Source: Octopus vulgaris
Taxonomy: Eukaryota
Direction: 5' to 3'
DNA: 64,000 nucleotides
Assembly (NCBI GenBank): GCA_951406725.2
Contig: OX597826.1
Span: forward strand, 38,998,001 to 39,062,000
This document shows, piece by piece, positions 1 to 14,167 of this stretch. Below the pieces are notes generated by a model. It ran no database searches. It worked only from the letters and a program-made list of their open reading frames with translations, and was not told the DNA's origin. Position 1 is the first letter of the stretch, and each line of letters begins with the position of its first letter. The translations under genes were made by a program, and so were the position numbers.

Positions 1-769
1 AGCCAAAAATGTCTTGCTTCTGATGATAGAAGTAGAGTTGGCAGAGGTCAACCCATGGGCGGAGAAAGATCCAGCTCCCTGTCTTTTTAGATCCATAATC
101 AGAACAGGTAACAATTGACGTTTTTGTCCAATGCCAAAAGTTCAATACTTTTACCAGTCTCTCAAATGTTACAGGGTGCAGGTAAAATGTGTAGATTGAT
201 GAAATCTGCCTGATCATGTGCCTTCCAACTTCTACCAAATAGTTTATTACCCACTGTTATCAAAGTCCCTTCTGCTTGTTACACTGGTATACACTGGGTT
301 TTTTGAAAAATGAAGGTTGGTGGAGCATATAAATTCGGTGTTTGGCTTATAGCATTTTGTAACACATTTTAAACAAAAGATTTGAATTTCTAGACCTCAC
401 AAACATATGAAATGACAAAAATAAGCCACCTATCTAATATACCATGAAATTCATCTGTCTAAATTGTGAATTTTGACTACCATTTTGCAAAAGTTTTATT
501 AGTTAGAATAAGCTTATTTTATATCAGTATACTTATTAGTAAATTCAAGTTATAGTTTTTATGTAGTTTCATTCAAAGTCATGCATTATATGTATTAAAA
601 TGTGATTTTTCACCATTTTGATGGGTTATCAACCTACACTCCCTGTACGTCAAGGATGCGTCAAGCTAAGTAAAATCAGTGTCATCCATACATACAGGCT
701 TGTCCTTTATAGGTGTAGGTGTCACATAAATGTACTCAGGCCGATGCTGTGTAAATGCACCCATGCCAG

Positions 770-950
770 TGGCTTGTAAAATGCACCCAGTACACTCTGT
801 GAAGTGGTTGGCATTAGGAAGGGCATCCAACTGTAGAAACCATGCTGAAAGAGACAATTGGAGTCTGGACAGCTCCCTGGCTGGCCAACTCCATGTCAAA
901 CTGTCAAACCCATGCCCTCATGGAAAATGGCCACTAAATGATGATAATAT
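770..950 (+). mobile_element. RTE-type LINE 3' tail fragment ending in (ATG)n
   Basis: gtggttggcattaggaagggcatcca...atggaaaatgg...atgatgat, the same tail that follows the RTE ORF at 5500-6490. Confidence 0.6.
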
Positions 951-1916
951 TATATGTATTATAATATTTGGAATCCATTAAATGGCGGTGCCCCAGCATG
1001 GCCACAGCTCATGAGCTGAAACTAGAATCAATCAATCAGTTTTGATTAGATGGAATGAATCATCCTCATAATACTGTACCCATCTGTTGTAACATTCCCT
1101 TCTAGTCTTGTACTTTATTGCTCATGTAAAAGCTAACATATGTGAAGCAAAGAAGACTGTTAGAGTAGCTTAGCCATCCCTTGTATGTAGATATGATCAG
1201 GTAGATTATACCACACTTTTGTTAATTGTTTTAGGTGCCTATGTAGTTGGGAGCAGACTTAGAAACCCTCTCGAGCCTCTCACCCTTGGCCTAGTGGAAC
1301 TTATTTTTAATTGGAGTAATAAGGATAACTCTAAAATTTAAAAAAAAATCAAAACTGAAACCCAGAAGTCTTGCATCTCTTAACCACTGATCAAAGATTG
1401 TAAAGTTTAAATATTTATTTTAAATTGTCAGAAAAATATTTATTTTAACTGTATTCTTTGAATGTCTATTGGCCTGATATTAGAACTAAACAAGTTGATA
1501 TGTCAGCATACTAGCTGAAGAGACTACACTTTGTTTCCTAAAATTTGTGGTTAAGACATTGATTAGATCATCTCTATTGTAAATAGGCACTTTGAGTAGT
1601 TACAAACCTACCATTGTTAAACTTAGTTATTAAAATAAATGACTTGAAAAAGGTAAAGTATTCCACTGTTGTACTCACTTTATGGCTAGAGCCCTTTTTT
1701 GTTCTAATTAGATATCTGTACCTCAGATTTGGATTATGGTTCTTCTAGAATGTGAGCAGTGGTTTGTATACAGTGATTCAATTTACATTAAACTCATCAT
1801 ATATGAGTAGCTGTCTCTTGGTGGGTGTCCTCAAAATAATCCATTCAAAATGTTTTGAACAAACTCCTTTTTCCTAATTTTATAATATTTCCATTTATAA
1901 ATTTTCTTTATTTCAG

Positions 1917-1985
1917 CTTCATTTTCATGATAAAACATCTTACACAATTATGTTTGGTCCAGACAAATGTGGTTTGGATTATAAG
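1917..1985 (+). CDS. CANX: Calnexin exon: [23 protein letters not shown]
   Basis: tttcag acceptor, gtaggc donor, calreticulin-family IMFGPDKCG motif, phase 0-0. Confidence 0.95.
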
Positions 1986-4900
1986 GTAGGCAGAAATCAG
2001 TTTTTAAACAAAGTAATTGTTATAAATTGAATGCTAAGTACAATGTCGAGTTCTTAATGGATCTGGAACTAAATTATGACAATTCATAAGAACACATGCT
2101 TGTGTGAATGTGTGTGTCTATACACACAGTTCTCTACTCTAGCTGTCATTTTGATGTCATCCAGTCTCTTAATCCTTCAGATAACATGCATGCATACATG
2201 TTTTAAATGTTTTTTTTTTTAATAAAAGATTAGGTACAGGTATAGCTTCATAACCATATAATTTTGAGTTCACTCCCACTATGTAACATCTTGGGCAAGT
2301 GTCATCTATAATTCTTTGTGACTAAATGTGGTAGGCAAAAATTGCAGAAGTCATGTGCATTTGTGTACACATGCCCACTCTTTGAGTTTGTTTCTCACCA
2401 CATGACAAATGGTATTGGCATGTTTACATCTCTGTAACCTAGCAGTCTGGCAAAAAGTGATTGCCAATAGTCCAAAAGTTGAAATGAGAATAATAGAATT
2501 ATTCATAATTGTGTGTTGCTGAACATAGCATCAGGTATCATCATTGTCTTGTCTGCTGTTCTTGCTGGCATGCATTGGACCGGCTGGCTGTTCTCACCTG
2601 GCTTTCTATGGCTGGTTACCATAAAATTATTTTTGTTAGCTCTCTAGTTTTTTTTTTAGGTTCAGACATAACCGTATGATAAGTTTACTTCCCAACCTGA
2701 TGGTTGTAGGTTCAGTCCCACAGTATGACACCTTGGACAAGTGTCTTTAACATAAAGGGTTAATCCCTTCAGCTGGCAACTATGTTAGGAAAACTTAATC
2801 TTATTAAATCATCTTTGTCACTCCCTTGGCTTCTAAATGTTTCATGATATTATTCATACTAAGTTATATGTTTCATGTTTATATTGCAGTTTCAATTGCA
2901 TTGTCTCCACTTAATGTATGCATTAACAGGAAATTCTGGCTGTCATGGCTGGTGTCTGCATTTAAAAAAAAAAAATTGTGTGATTTGAAGTTGATGTATT
3001 TGAATGCATCACTTTTCATTGACTTTATTTAGTTTAAAAGTTATCTTCCTATAGCTAAATTGTTTATATGGTCATTAAACTTTAAATGTTGTACTGCAGT
3101 TAAACTTTAATCAAAAATAATTTTTATTTTTGTACATTATTTTTCAGCTTCATTTCATTTTTAGACACAAAAATCCTAAAACTGGAGAAATTACAGTAAG
3201 TAAATTAAATCATTTATATTTAGTTATATTTTTATATCAGAATCTTAATTTACTGTGTTTGTATATATATATATATGAAAGACTACTGCTTCTATTTATA
3301 TTATACCTAGAATAGGTATTGATGCATAATTGCTGATGTGTCTTCTACTACTACCAATATTGCTACTGATGTTCTTTACCAGATTGTTATGACAATAGAG
3401 CACCTAATAAAATGACTTTCACTATTTAGTTGTGCCTCATATTCTGTGATCAAATCTAAGGTCAACTTTATATTTTCACCTTCCTAGATCAAGGAAGTAA
3501 TAGCTTTAGCCTGGCATTTGATTGAATCAGTTTCACTCTTTTTCCCAAATTTTGTATTTTGGGACTCGGTTTTGATACCTGTTTGATATTATTTTGCTTC
3601 TATTGCATTACTGATTCCAATAAGAAAGACAAAATACAAAATGGTGTCACACTTTGTTTTCCCTTATAAATTTTTAGGCCTTCTGTCTATAGAAGAGACA
3701 TTGTTTCTCTTATTCAGTGTATGACCAACACCAAACACCACTTGCATAATGATGACACTTGCTTACAACTATCATGTGATGGCAAAGAATCACAAACACA
3801 TCCATGCACCTACCTTCACAAATACACACACAGGTGTGCACTTATATGACGGGCTTCTTTCAGTTTGTCTTTCAAATCCAGGCCCCAGGTTTTGGTTGGC
3901 TTGGTGCTATAGTGGAAGTCACTTGCCCAAGATGCCATGCAGTGGGGCTAAACTCAAAACCAGGTGGTTGTGAACAAACTTCTTACCACATGGCCAGGAC
4001 TGCACCTATATGATAGTTGCTATTAATAAGCACATGCAGTTATGCATTAGAATACAGGATTTGATTCACACAGTATTTCAGCTGAGTTTGAGACAAGCTT
4101 CACTAGTGTCACTCTGGAATAATCAAAATGAAAGCTGTCACCTGAAATTAAGTGTGGTGGCCTGACATTGAGTTTAATATTGAAAACTGAACAAATAATA
4201 CCTTTGTCAATGTACCAGGAGTTCACTGGCAAATGCTTCTCTACACAAGTGGTAATGGTTAATGGAATTGCCACATTGGGTTCATGTGGCTGATCCATGT
4301 TGTGCAAATGTCAGTCCACTTTGAATGTGCATCTATAATAGTGAACAGGTATTCACTATCACTGTCTGCATAGTCTACATGAAGTTGATGTTTCAGTTCC
4401 ACTTGTCTTTCCCCACTGAGCATTTTTAGGGGCATTATTTGTTTATCACCAGCATGAAGCATCTCATTTCATCCACAATCAGGAGAATCAAAAGTTTCTC
4501 CATGACATCTGCCCAGTTGCATTCATTTCACAATGATGATGTAGTTTCTTGCCTGGAAAAAGTTTGATCATCTGCTTATAATTTTGATACAAGGCAGGCA
4601 TGCATCTTAGGACTATATTAGGTTGCATCATTGGGTGTTTGAGCTGACATCTTTTCCAGTCTGTAATGTACTGAACTTACTTCCAAACATAGCACCTTCA
4701 GATTCTATTCAATTGCAGGCCCACCGTGTTCATTGAATTTTTAATTAAAAAAAATAAATTTTTTTTCATTCTTTTGTCTTTTTACCTCATGCTTAATTTG
4801 ACCACTTAAACAGACTAACCTCCAGCCACCTTGCAGAGGTCAGAAAGACGAAAATAAAAAAAAAAAATATTAAAGTGCCAGGGTAGCAGAATTCTTAGCA

Positions 4901-7900
4901 TGTCAGACAAAATGCTTAGTAGCATGTCTTCAAGATTGATTTTTGCCTTGCATCCTTTTGAGCTCAATAAAGTACCAGTCAAGTACTGGGGTTAATGTAA
5001 TTGACTTGCTTCCTCCTATCAAAATTGTTGGTCTTGTGCCAAAATTTGAATTATCATTAGTATTATGGTTTTGTAAATACTTACTTTTTATTTCTAGGAA
5101 AAGCATGCCAAAAAACCTACAGGAAGCATTGAAAGTTACTTTACAGATAAAAAGACGCATTTATATCAACTTAGTAAGTTTGATTTAATCTTTCATTTAT
5201 TCATATAGTATTTTGTGTTATAATAAAATAGCTTTGATATCTTGTTTTAGGAATAATAAATAGTGGTAAGTAGCTTTGACAGCTGATAATGTATATTATT
5301 ATTAGAAAATATTAAAGTAGAAGTGAAGACAATACTGTGTGTTTTTAATGTTTACAATGACTTTACTAAAATGCAGTTGTTTTAGTGTCAGTACACAATC
5401 CATATTATCATCATTTAATGTCTTTTTCCATGCTGTCTGGAGTTGGTTGGTTCAACAGGCTCTGACAAAGTGGAGAACATCATGCTCCAGTGTCTGCTTT
5501 GGTATGGTTTGCTACGGCAGTGAAACATGGGCCATGGCTGCTGAGGACATGTGTAGGCTTGAAAGAAATTAAGCTAGTATGATCCGCTGGATGTGTAATG
5601 TCAGTGTGCATACACAACAGAGTGTAAGCACTTTAAGAGAAAAGTTGGCTATAAGAAGCATCAAATGTTGTGTGCAAGAGAGACTACTGCACCAGTATGA
5701 TCATGTGTTACATATGGAAGAAGACAGCTGTGTAAGGAAGTGCTACTCCCTAACTGTGGAAGAGGTAGACCCAGGAAGACATGGGATGAGATGGTGAAGC
5801 ATGACCTTCGAACATTGGGCATCACAGAGCCGATGACAGGAGACCAAGACCTTTGGAGACATCCTTTGATTGAGAAGACCTAGTAACTTAAGTGAGACTG
5901 CAGCCATGCATGTCCGGCCCATTAAGAGTACCCCTGATGCATCGGGTGATGTGATATGTTTGAGTCAAGTAAAATTAGTATCGTAGTTGTGGCCAATGCC
6001 CCCTGACCGGCTCTCATGCCGGTGGCACATAAAAATTACCATCCGAAAGTGGTTGATGCCAGATCCGCCTGACTGGCTCCCATGCCTGTAGCACGTGAAA
6101 AGTACCATCCAAATGTGGCTGATGCCAGTACCCTTGACTGGTCCCTGTGCCAGTGGTACGTAAAAAGCACTATCCAAACATGATCGATGCCAAGCCTGCC
6201 TGACTGGCCGCTGTGCCAGTAGCATGTAAAAAGCACCATCTGAACATGGCCAATGCCAGTGGTACGTAAAAAGCACTATCCAAATGTGATCGATGCCAGG
6301 TCCACCTGACTGGCTCCTGTGCCAGTGACATGTAAAATGCACCCACTACATTCTCGGAGTGGTTGGCATTAGAAAGGGCATCCAGCTGTAGAAACATTGC
6401 TAGATTAGATTGGTGCCTGGTGCAGCAGCTGGCTCACCAAACCTCAGTCAGCTTGGAAAATGGACATTAAACAATGATGATGATGGATGTCCTTCCTAAT
6501 ACCAACCATTTTACAGTGTGTACAGGGTGTTTTTGTGACTCCTATAGCTGAAAGGAAATAGAGAGAAGGTGGTGGTGATGAGAGAAGCAGATTTAGTTGT
6601 GAAAGAGTGGTAGTGAAGAGAGTAACAAAGCAGACACCTACTAAGGAAGGAGTATGAAAGGGACATGTGATAGGGAAAGGATTAGTAAGAAAGGAACAGT
6701 TGTAAGGGTGATAGGTGAGGTTGTGTAAGGAGGTAGCCAGGGCTATCCCACATGATAAAAGTGAATAGGAGTGATAGAGACAGGAATCAAAGAGAAATAG
6801 ATGGTGGGGTAGTGAGAATATAGAGAAAGTCATTAAAGTAAAGGAGGTTTGGGGGCCAGCCAGTGTTGGTGAGATGAGAGGGTGTTGAGGTGATGAAGGA
6901 GCTGTGGGGACATGATGGCAAGAAAAAACAAGGCAGAATGAAGGGGAGCTGTGAGTGAATGTAATGAGAACAGAAGGAAAGAGAGGTTAGGGGCTACTAG
7001 AGAGACGTGGGGTGGGCAGTGTGTGAAAGCTCTCCGAGAAAGTATCCCAGGCGGGAGGCTGTTGGGAGATGACGACGAGAGAAAAAGACAAGGGAAATCA
7101 GTAGATGAATGTTCTCAGAAAAAGAATGGCTAGAGGGCACTCTAGAGAGAGAGAGAGAACAGAAGGTAAATGCAATGAGAGTAGTGAGATAAGAAGTTGG
7201 AAGAATGAGAGCATCATAGAGGGAAGTTGGGAGCGAAGGTCAAAAGCTGTGAAAGTATAGTGAGTAATAAGGTTAAGGAGGGAGGTAGATGGAGTGGGAG
7301 CAGAGTATGAAAGTGAAAGCATATTAGGTAGAGAGACTGAGATGTGCGGAAAGTGAGCTAGGGAAGAATAACTGGGTGAACTGTAGCAAAATCCTCGCAT
7401 TAGTGTTCTTTCTGCTGTGTTTGCCTGAGGGTGCTGGTTTTCTCCAGTACAGCTTGTCACCAGTTGTCATGGTTACTTGTCTTCTCTTTTGTTAAATTCA
7501 ACATCTTTTGATGGGTTTCACCACTTCATTCTCTATCTCTCTAGGTCTTCTACGGACACCATCCACTTTGAGTGTTTGATACTGATGTAGTTGTCATCAT
7601 CCGTATGCATCACATGCACTTACCAATGCAGTCTTCTTTCTTGCAAACTACATTTGATTTCTCTTGTACTCCCTTGTGTCAATCACACTACATTTTTTTT
7701 TGTGTGTTGACCTTAAATATCTAGTGAAGCGTACTTGCCTCATCTTTGCTGATTCCTTGCATTCAAACCCCAAGTCTTGATGCTATGTAGCATTGCATAC
7801 AAGCATCATGCAAATTACCTTTCGCTCTGAGAAAGGTCCTTTGTTGACAGCTCAGGTAGTAACACTCTGAATTTTTTCCCACCTCTTTCTTACCCTTGCA

Positions 7901-10900
7901 ACTATGCTTATAGAGTAACTACTCCATTGCTAATTTGGCTGCCTAAGTAACAAAAATTATCCACCACTTCTGGGGAGCCTTCTGAGCAGTTGAGAATCTG
8001 TTTCTTGGATACATAACTTGCTTGATACTCCTGTACACCTGGCACACACAAAAGCTGCCTTTTCTGTTAATCTATTTGTGATCCCATTCTTTACACTGTA
8101 CATGCTGTATGGAGTTTCTGCCTATTCCTTTTGTGTATACCTGGCTTGGCTAAATTTATTTTAAGGCTCTTCAATTCCAGTTTTTGCTTCCATGTCTGAT
8201 ATTTCTTCTCCAAATATTCCACAGATTCTACTATAAGATCATGATCATCAACATGCAGGAGTTCATGTAGCCAACCAATCTTAAACTCCTGTCATGGCTT
8301 GGAGGTCTGTAATAAACAGTAGAGGGTTGAAGACTGAGCCTTGATGGATCCCTGTGTGCATGTTAAACTCACCTCTAATCATTAACTCCAACCTTGCTGA
8401 TTGTCCCTTTGTACATAGCTTGAATGGTCTCTCTGGCCAGTCATTTACCCCAAACTTCTTTAGTGCCCACCAGATGACTAAGAAAAGAACCCAGTTGAAG
8501 GCTTTCTCCAGTTCTATGAATGCTGCATATAGCGGCTTACTGCTAGTTAATTATTTCTCTTACAGTTGCCATCACTTGGAGGATGGCATCTATGGCACCT
8601 CTTCCTGATACAAAACCAAACTGCATCTCATGTAGGTCCTGTGGAAGTTAACATCTTTATAAATTTTCATTTTAGAAAGATTTCTAGCAAATATTTAATA
8701 TGTAGATATTTCTGGAAGTAAAACTACATCAGATTTCAATATTTAGCCAAGCAACTGTGAAGTATAATGGTAATGTTGAAACAATAGTAGCTTAACAAGC
8801 CAGTGAGAAGATTCCATGCTGTTTTTTGACTTGCTAGAAATAGCAGCCAAAGTCCTTTAAAATTATACCCAATTGTTTTGAAAGTGATATTGCCTTTTGG
8901 AAAACTAATGTTAGATGACTTGAGTACTATCTTTAAGAGAATTGGATGATCAAGACTTATTTCAGTCTAGTGCAGCATTGTGTCCAAATACGATCAAGTA
9001 GATATGTTACATGTCTGCTCAAATTACTAGAGAAAATTAAACTTTCATGATCTTTGATGCTTTCTAAATTGCATGGGCACACAACTAAGAACCTTGTTGC
9101 TTATTGCATGCATTGCTGTACAGTATAATAGCTGTTCTATATTTTGTTAAAATTCCTTATGGATAGAACTCCTTGCTTATGTACAGCACAAAGTTCTCAG
9201 TCCCTATTAATACTAGGTATCAAAATCTCTGATCCCTCGGGACTCGTGTGTATAATCTTGCAAAAACTTTGTATATATGTATCTGGAACTGTGTTTGCCG
9301 TTACACACACAAACTCTAATTCTAGGCAGCTCTTCCACTCATTACTATTCAGCTGCTTTTGAAAAGATCCACTAATATGTTAGAACCACTGGCTTACATG
9401 ACTTTAAGCCATTAAATTTGCTCATCTGATTGAGCTAGCTGCAGCCACCTCTACCCAAACTTATTGTGTGTGCCTATCCCTTTTCTCACTTCCCAGATTG
9501 TACACTAGACATTTTGCACTATCATTCTTACCCAGAATTACCACTCTTTGAATTCTCTCTTTCCTCACATTTTTCTTGCAGACAGCAATCTTCTGAATTT
9601 CAAACTGAACCTCAACTACATCAATTTCACTGGTCAGGGAGATCCTATATAGATCAGGAGTCCTGAACTTCCTCCTTCAATGACTGACTAATGTAACAAA
9701 AGTCTTCTAGATCCATTGTATACAAAGGCATTGTGAATCTTCCACAACACTAGCTATCTCAATAGGAACTGTTTACAATTATGTGTTTTTAAACTTGCAC
9801 AGTTGGGATAGACTCGTTTCATTGACTTGTATAAGGCATTCTACTATGAGTGAGTGTTTGAATGTTTCTGAACATTTAAAATTTGCACAATTGAGATATC
9901 TTGATCTTTACAACTAAACAAGGCTCTTTACTGTAAGTGGTGTGTGTGCATTTTTGTAGACATGTTTGCATTTGTTAACATAATGTTATCTTAGCCGAGA
10001 AAACATTACATTAACAAATACCATTTTCTTTTTCTTTTGTACTTATAAATATGAACTGAAATATATTTTAAAAAGTGACCCAAATTTATTACATGATAAC
10101 TGAAAACTTAATGTATAAAATGTTTCTTTACAGTTGTGAATCCTGATAACACTTTCAAAATATCTGTTGATGGAACCGTTGTGAATGAAGGAAATTTGTT
10201 AGAAGACATGACGTAAGTATCAATAAAATTTTTGTACCTTTAAGTTTGTATGTCATGAAATGCAATTATAGCAAATTAAGTGCATAGAATTTGCCTTATG
10301 GGTTCAAACCCATACCTTCAACTTAAAGAAATTGTTTCGTCTCTAGTATTCTACCACTTTTAGGGTACCAGATTGTCTAAGTATCCTACAACTGGTGCGG
10401 TACTATACATAAGCCTATCAGAGACAATTGAAACTGATGCTTTTTCTCAGCTGGATGATGAATTATTTTGTGTTACAATGTAGCTATCTTGTCTCTGGAG
10501 TACCCATTCTGCTACATCATTTTCCAGCTTCAGCCAACGCGTGCTTCCTCTTATTGCACATTTTTGTTTGAGCATTTGTCTTAATTTTTCCTCATTCTTT
10601 CTCCACTCTTGTATCATCTCAGTAATGCCGAATGTTCTAGCAGTAGCACAGTTGTTTGAACTCTTGGCTACTTCTATAACTTTCAATTTGAAACTAGCCT
10701 CATATTTTCTTGTTGCTGGTGGTTGCATATTGGTATAGGTATAAAATAATTATAACTTTCACTTGACTAGACAGTTCGTGATGTTATATGAAGTATAGGT
10801 AAATGGTTATTAATAATCCAGGTCGACTGTAACAGTCTAGAACATTTCAGTCATATGAATCACCATTATTGTATTATTGTTAGCAGTTGTTATGATAGCA

Positions 10901-13900
10901 ATAAAGTTTTGATAAAGAAGAAGAATCAGGTTCCCTTTTTGGTGACATGTGTATGAAAGAATATGATATAGAAAGGGATTTGCTATTTTGTTTATTTTAA
11001 TTTCTAAGGATATATTAAGTAAAAAAGACATTTCTAATAATATCTTTACATGACCAATATTTCTAAAGATACCTGTTGTTGCAAAAGCTAGTCTGTACAT
11101 AGATGGTTTTGTAATTTAGCTGTTGTCTTATACTACAGATATGAGATAAATTCATGAATTTTTTTTTTACAAATTTTAACCTCGTCTGATCTAAAGGTCG
11201 TTTTATACATGGGAATATACGGTACTTTATCTTATAAACCCCTGAAATGATAACAAACATATTCAACATAAAGAGCCAGAGGAAATACCACAAACCATTT
11301 TGTCTGTTGCACTGAAATTTCTGGTGTTCTACTATCCTAATAAATGTTGTTATTATTCCATTTTGGTGAGCAACGTCTTTGTACAAGGTTGAAATATATC
11401 AAATTCTGAACTGTATCATTGAGTAGAAAGATAGGTAACACAATCTCTCCATTCCTTGTCAGTTTGTTTCTCTCTAAATGCAGTGATAAGTATTAGATGT
11501 GGCATTCAAAGTCTCTTTGCTTTAGTGATATTTGTTTTATTATAGACCTCCAGTTAATCCAGCTAAAGAAATTGAAGATAATAAGGATCAGAAACCTGGT
11601 GACTGGGATGATAGAGAGAAGTAAGTAACTGGACTTTTTTGAAACCCTATTTCTGTTGAAATACACAACCTTTCTTTGAATTAATTTAGAAAATAATCAT
11701 GATGTTTAGAACATAAATTAACATGAAATTAGGAAAGGTTTCACTTTGAATAAAAAGTTTGTATTGTGGAACCAGGGGGCAGTCTCTGATGAGTTGCTAT
11801 CAAAAGGGTTAAAAAAGGAATATTCTGTAATAGATTCCATTTTTGTGTCAATAATTTGTTAATAGTTGGCTCATGGGGCATGCTGCAATAACTATATCTT
11901 GTGTGGCTTGTTTCTTGAATGTTTTCACAACCTGAATCATTACATTCATGTTCAATGAAATATTTACTTTATTTTTCAGAATAGCTGATCCTGATGCAGT
12001 GAAACCTGATGACTGGTAAAATTTTATTACATTTTCTTACAATCTTATCTTGATTTAACAAAATCACTTATGTAAAATTTTTCCTCTTACCTCTAAACTC
12101 ATTTGTTCTTTATCCATATCTACTCAATGTGATCTTTAATGTAATACTGCCCCCACCCATCCCAATATTCTCTACCGAAAAATCAGTTGTGTATTATCTA
12201 TTACTCTGAAGTATGTTAATCAGTAATTTCAATCCTAATGTATTAAATTTTTAGCATTTAAAATGAGTAAATGAAGTAAGTGTGGTGAAATATTTGTTGA
12301 AATGATGACATAGTACCCCACCCTCCCTTGTCTTTTGTTTTGTACATGCTCTCTCTTTGATCAGTCCATGGTCCATTTCATGACCTCATATTGCCCCCCC
12401 CCCCCTATCTGTTCTCTTGTCAGCTCTGCCTATTCTGTGTGATCTCTTCTGATCAATATCGTTATTCACTGTCATGCCACCAGTAACTAAGACGAAGATA
12501 CTTACCTCCTTTCTCCATATTTGAATCGCCTATATCTTGGTATCTCTCCTTCCTTTTTCTTCCTAAATCATGATACTCAAGTAGGCAGGGATTGCACTCT
12601 GGCAACCTTTATCCACCCACTCACCCACCCCCTCGTTCTCCTGTCACCATGTTCTCTTGGATGTTACCTTGAGGACATGCATTAGTCCCTCATCATCATT
12701 TTATCTCTCCTCCATGCACCACTATACTCACCCACCCATATATATTATACAATGACACTACTTCCCCTCATACTGAGTCCTCCCTGCTGGGCTTATCCCT
12801 ATATAGTAGCTAGAGTAAAATCTCAGAGAAAGTTCAGGGAGCTGCTACCACTGCTGACAACAAAGATCTAAGAGCAGATTTTATGATGCTTGTGTTAGAA
12901 CTACAAAGCTGCATGGTAGTGAAACATGGGCCTTGGATGTAGAGCACTTGAGAAGACTACAGAGAAATGAAGTGAGCATACTCTATTGGATGTGCAATGT
13001 GAGTGTGCATGAAATAATTAGTATGAAGGTGCTGAATGAAAAACTGGGTATTGAAGGAATCAGATCTACTGTACAAGAAAGAAGTCATGTGATGCATAAT
13101 GCATATGGATGAGGACAACTGTATAAAAATGTGTTGATCACTAAATGTAGATGGAACTTATGGAAGATGGAGATGCTGGAAGACATGGGATGAAGTGGTG
13201 AAGGCTGACCCCGTTCCCTGAACATAGTGGAGGAGATGACAAAGGACTAGGATCTCTGGTGATTTGAAGTTCTTGAAAAGACCCACCCTCCTCAGTGAAA
13301 CTCCGCTCTATATGTGGTACGTTTTGTGCTCTCCACACATTACTGTGATTCATCCTCACCCTTACATATACTATGCTTGCTTAACATGTCATTTCCCTCT
13401 TTTGTTCTCGCTCTGGCAACTGTGTCACCTTTACTACTCCTGTCGTTTGCATCCACCTTTCAACCCTACCTATTTTGACAGTCTATCTTCCCATCCCCTC
13501 ATTCTCCTTCCTATACAATCTTGCAAATCACCTACTCATTTCTACTCACCTTGTGCCTTGTAGGGCCATTTACACACCTCATTGCCGTTATCTATCCCTA
13601 GCAGCTCCTATTGATCATTTTTTCTTTCTCTGCCCCATCCCTTCCTCAGTAATTCTTTCATCCCTAAGCATGAAGCTCAACCTACCCTCCCACCTCTCAA
13701 GGTTTATAGTCCTCTGAGCTGAATATATGTATAACTGAATACACACACATTCACACATGCATTTGAGAATAAAATTATTTCCTTATCTGTATCAAAGCTT
13801 CGAAAGCAAACTTCGTTTGTTGAATTTCAGCGTAAGTTGAATTTAACATGCGATAGCATCTTATAAAGCTAGATTTATACATCCTGAATTTGCAGAAGAA

Positions 13901-14116
13901 TTTATCGTTGGGGCAGTTTAGGTTACTGGTAAAGCACTTGACGCATAATAACAGGGATGTGAGTTTGAGTCTCATGGCTGGCTGCCAACATTTTTCTTCA
14001 AAATATGGATAGTTTATCCTGTTCATGCTATTTCCTTATCTGTATCTTTCAAGACATCTCAAACACTTCTAAAGCAAACTTTGTTGACACTTTCAACATA
14101 AGTTGAATTTAATATA

Positions 14117-14167
<51 letters not shown>

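Noticed and set aside
310-372. GGAY-like peptide (KVGGAYKFG) as an upstream calnexin exon
   Set aside because: No CGGAYxKLL continuation and no fitting splice sites; likely chance.
1234-1341. ttttag followed by a GAYVVGS frame as a calnexin exon
   Set aside because: No similarity beyond GAYV and no suitable donor.
5990-6345. CRISPR-like repeat array
   Set aside because: Eukaryotic context, contiguous degenerate units without unique spacers, inside a LINE 3' UTR.
6550-7380. Long purine-skewed tracts with hydrophobic ORFs (also 12310-12790, 13320-13700, 18950-19300, 58590-58900)
   Set aside because: Low-complexity sequence next to RTE tails, with no splice or homology support.
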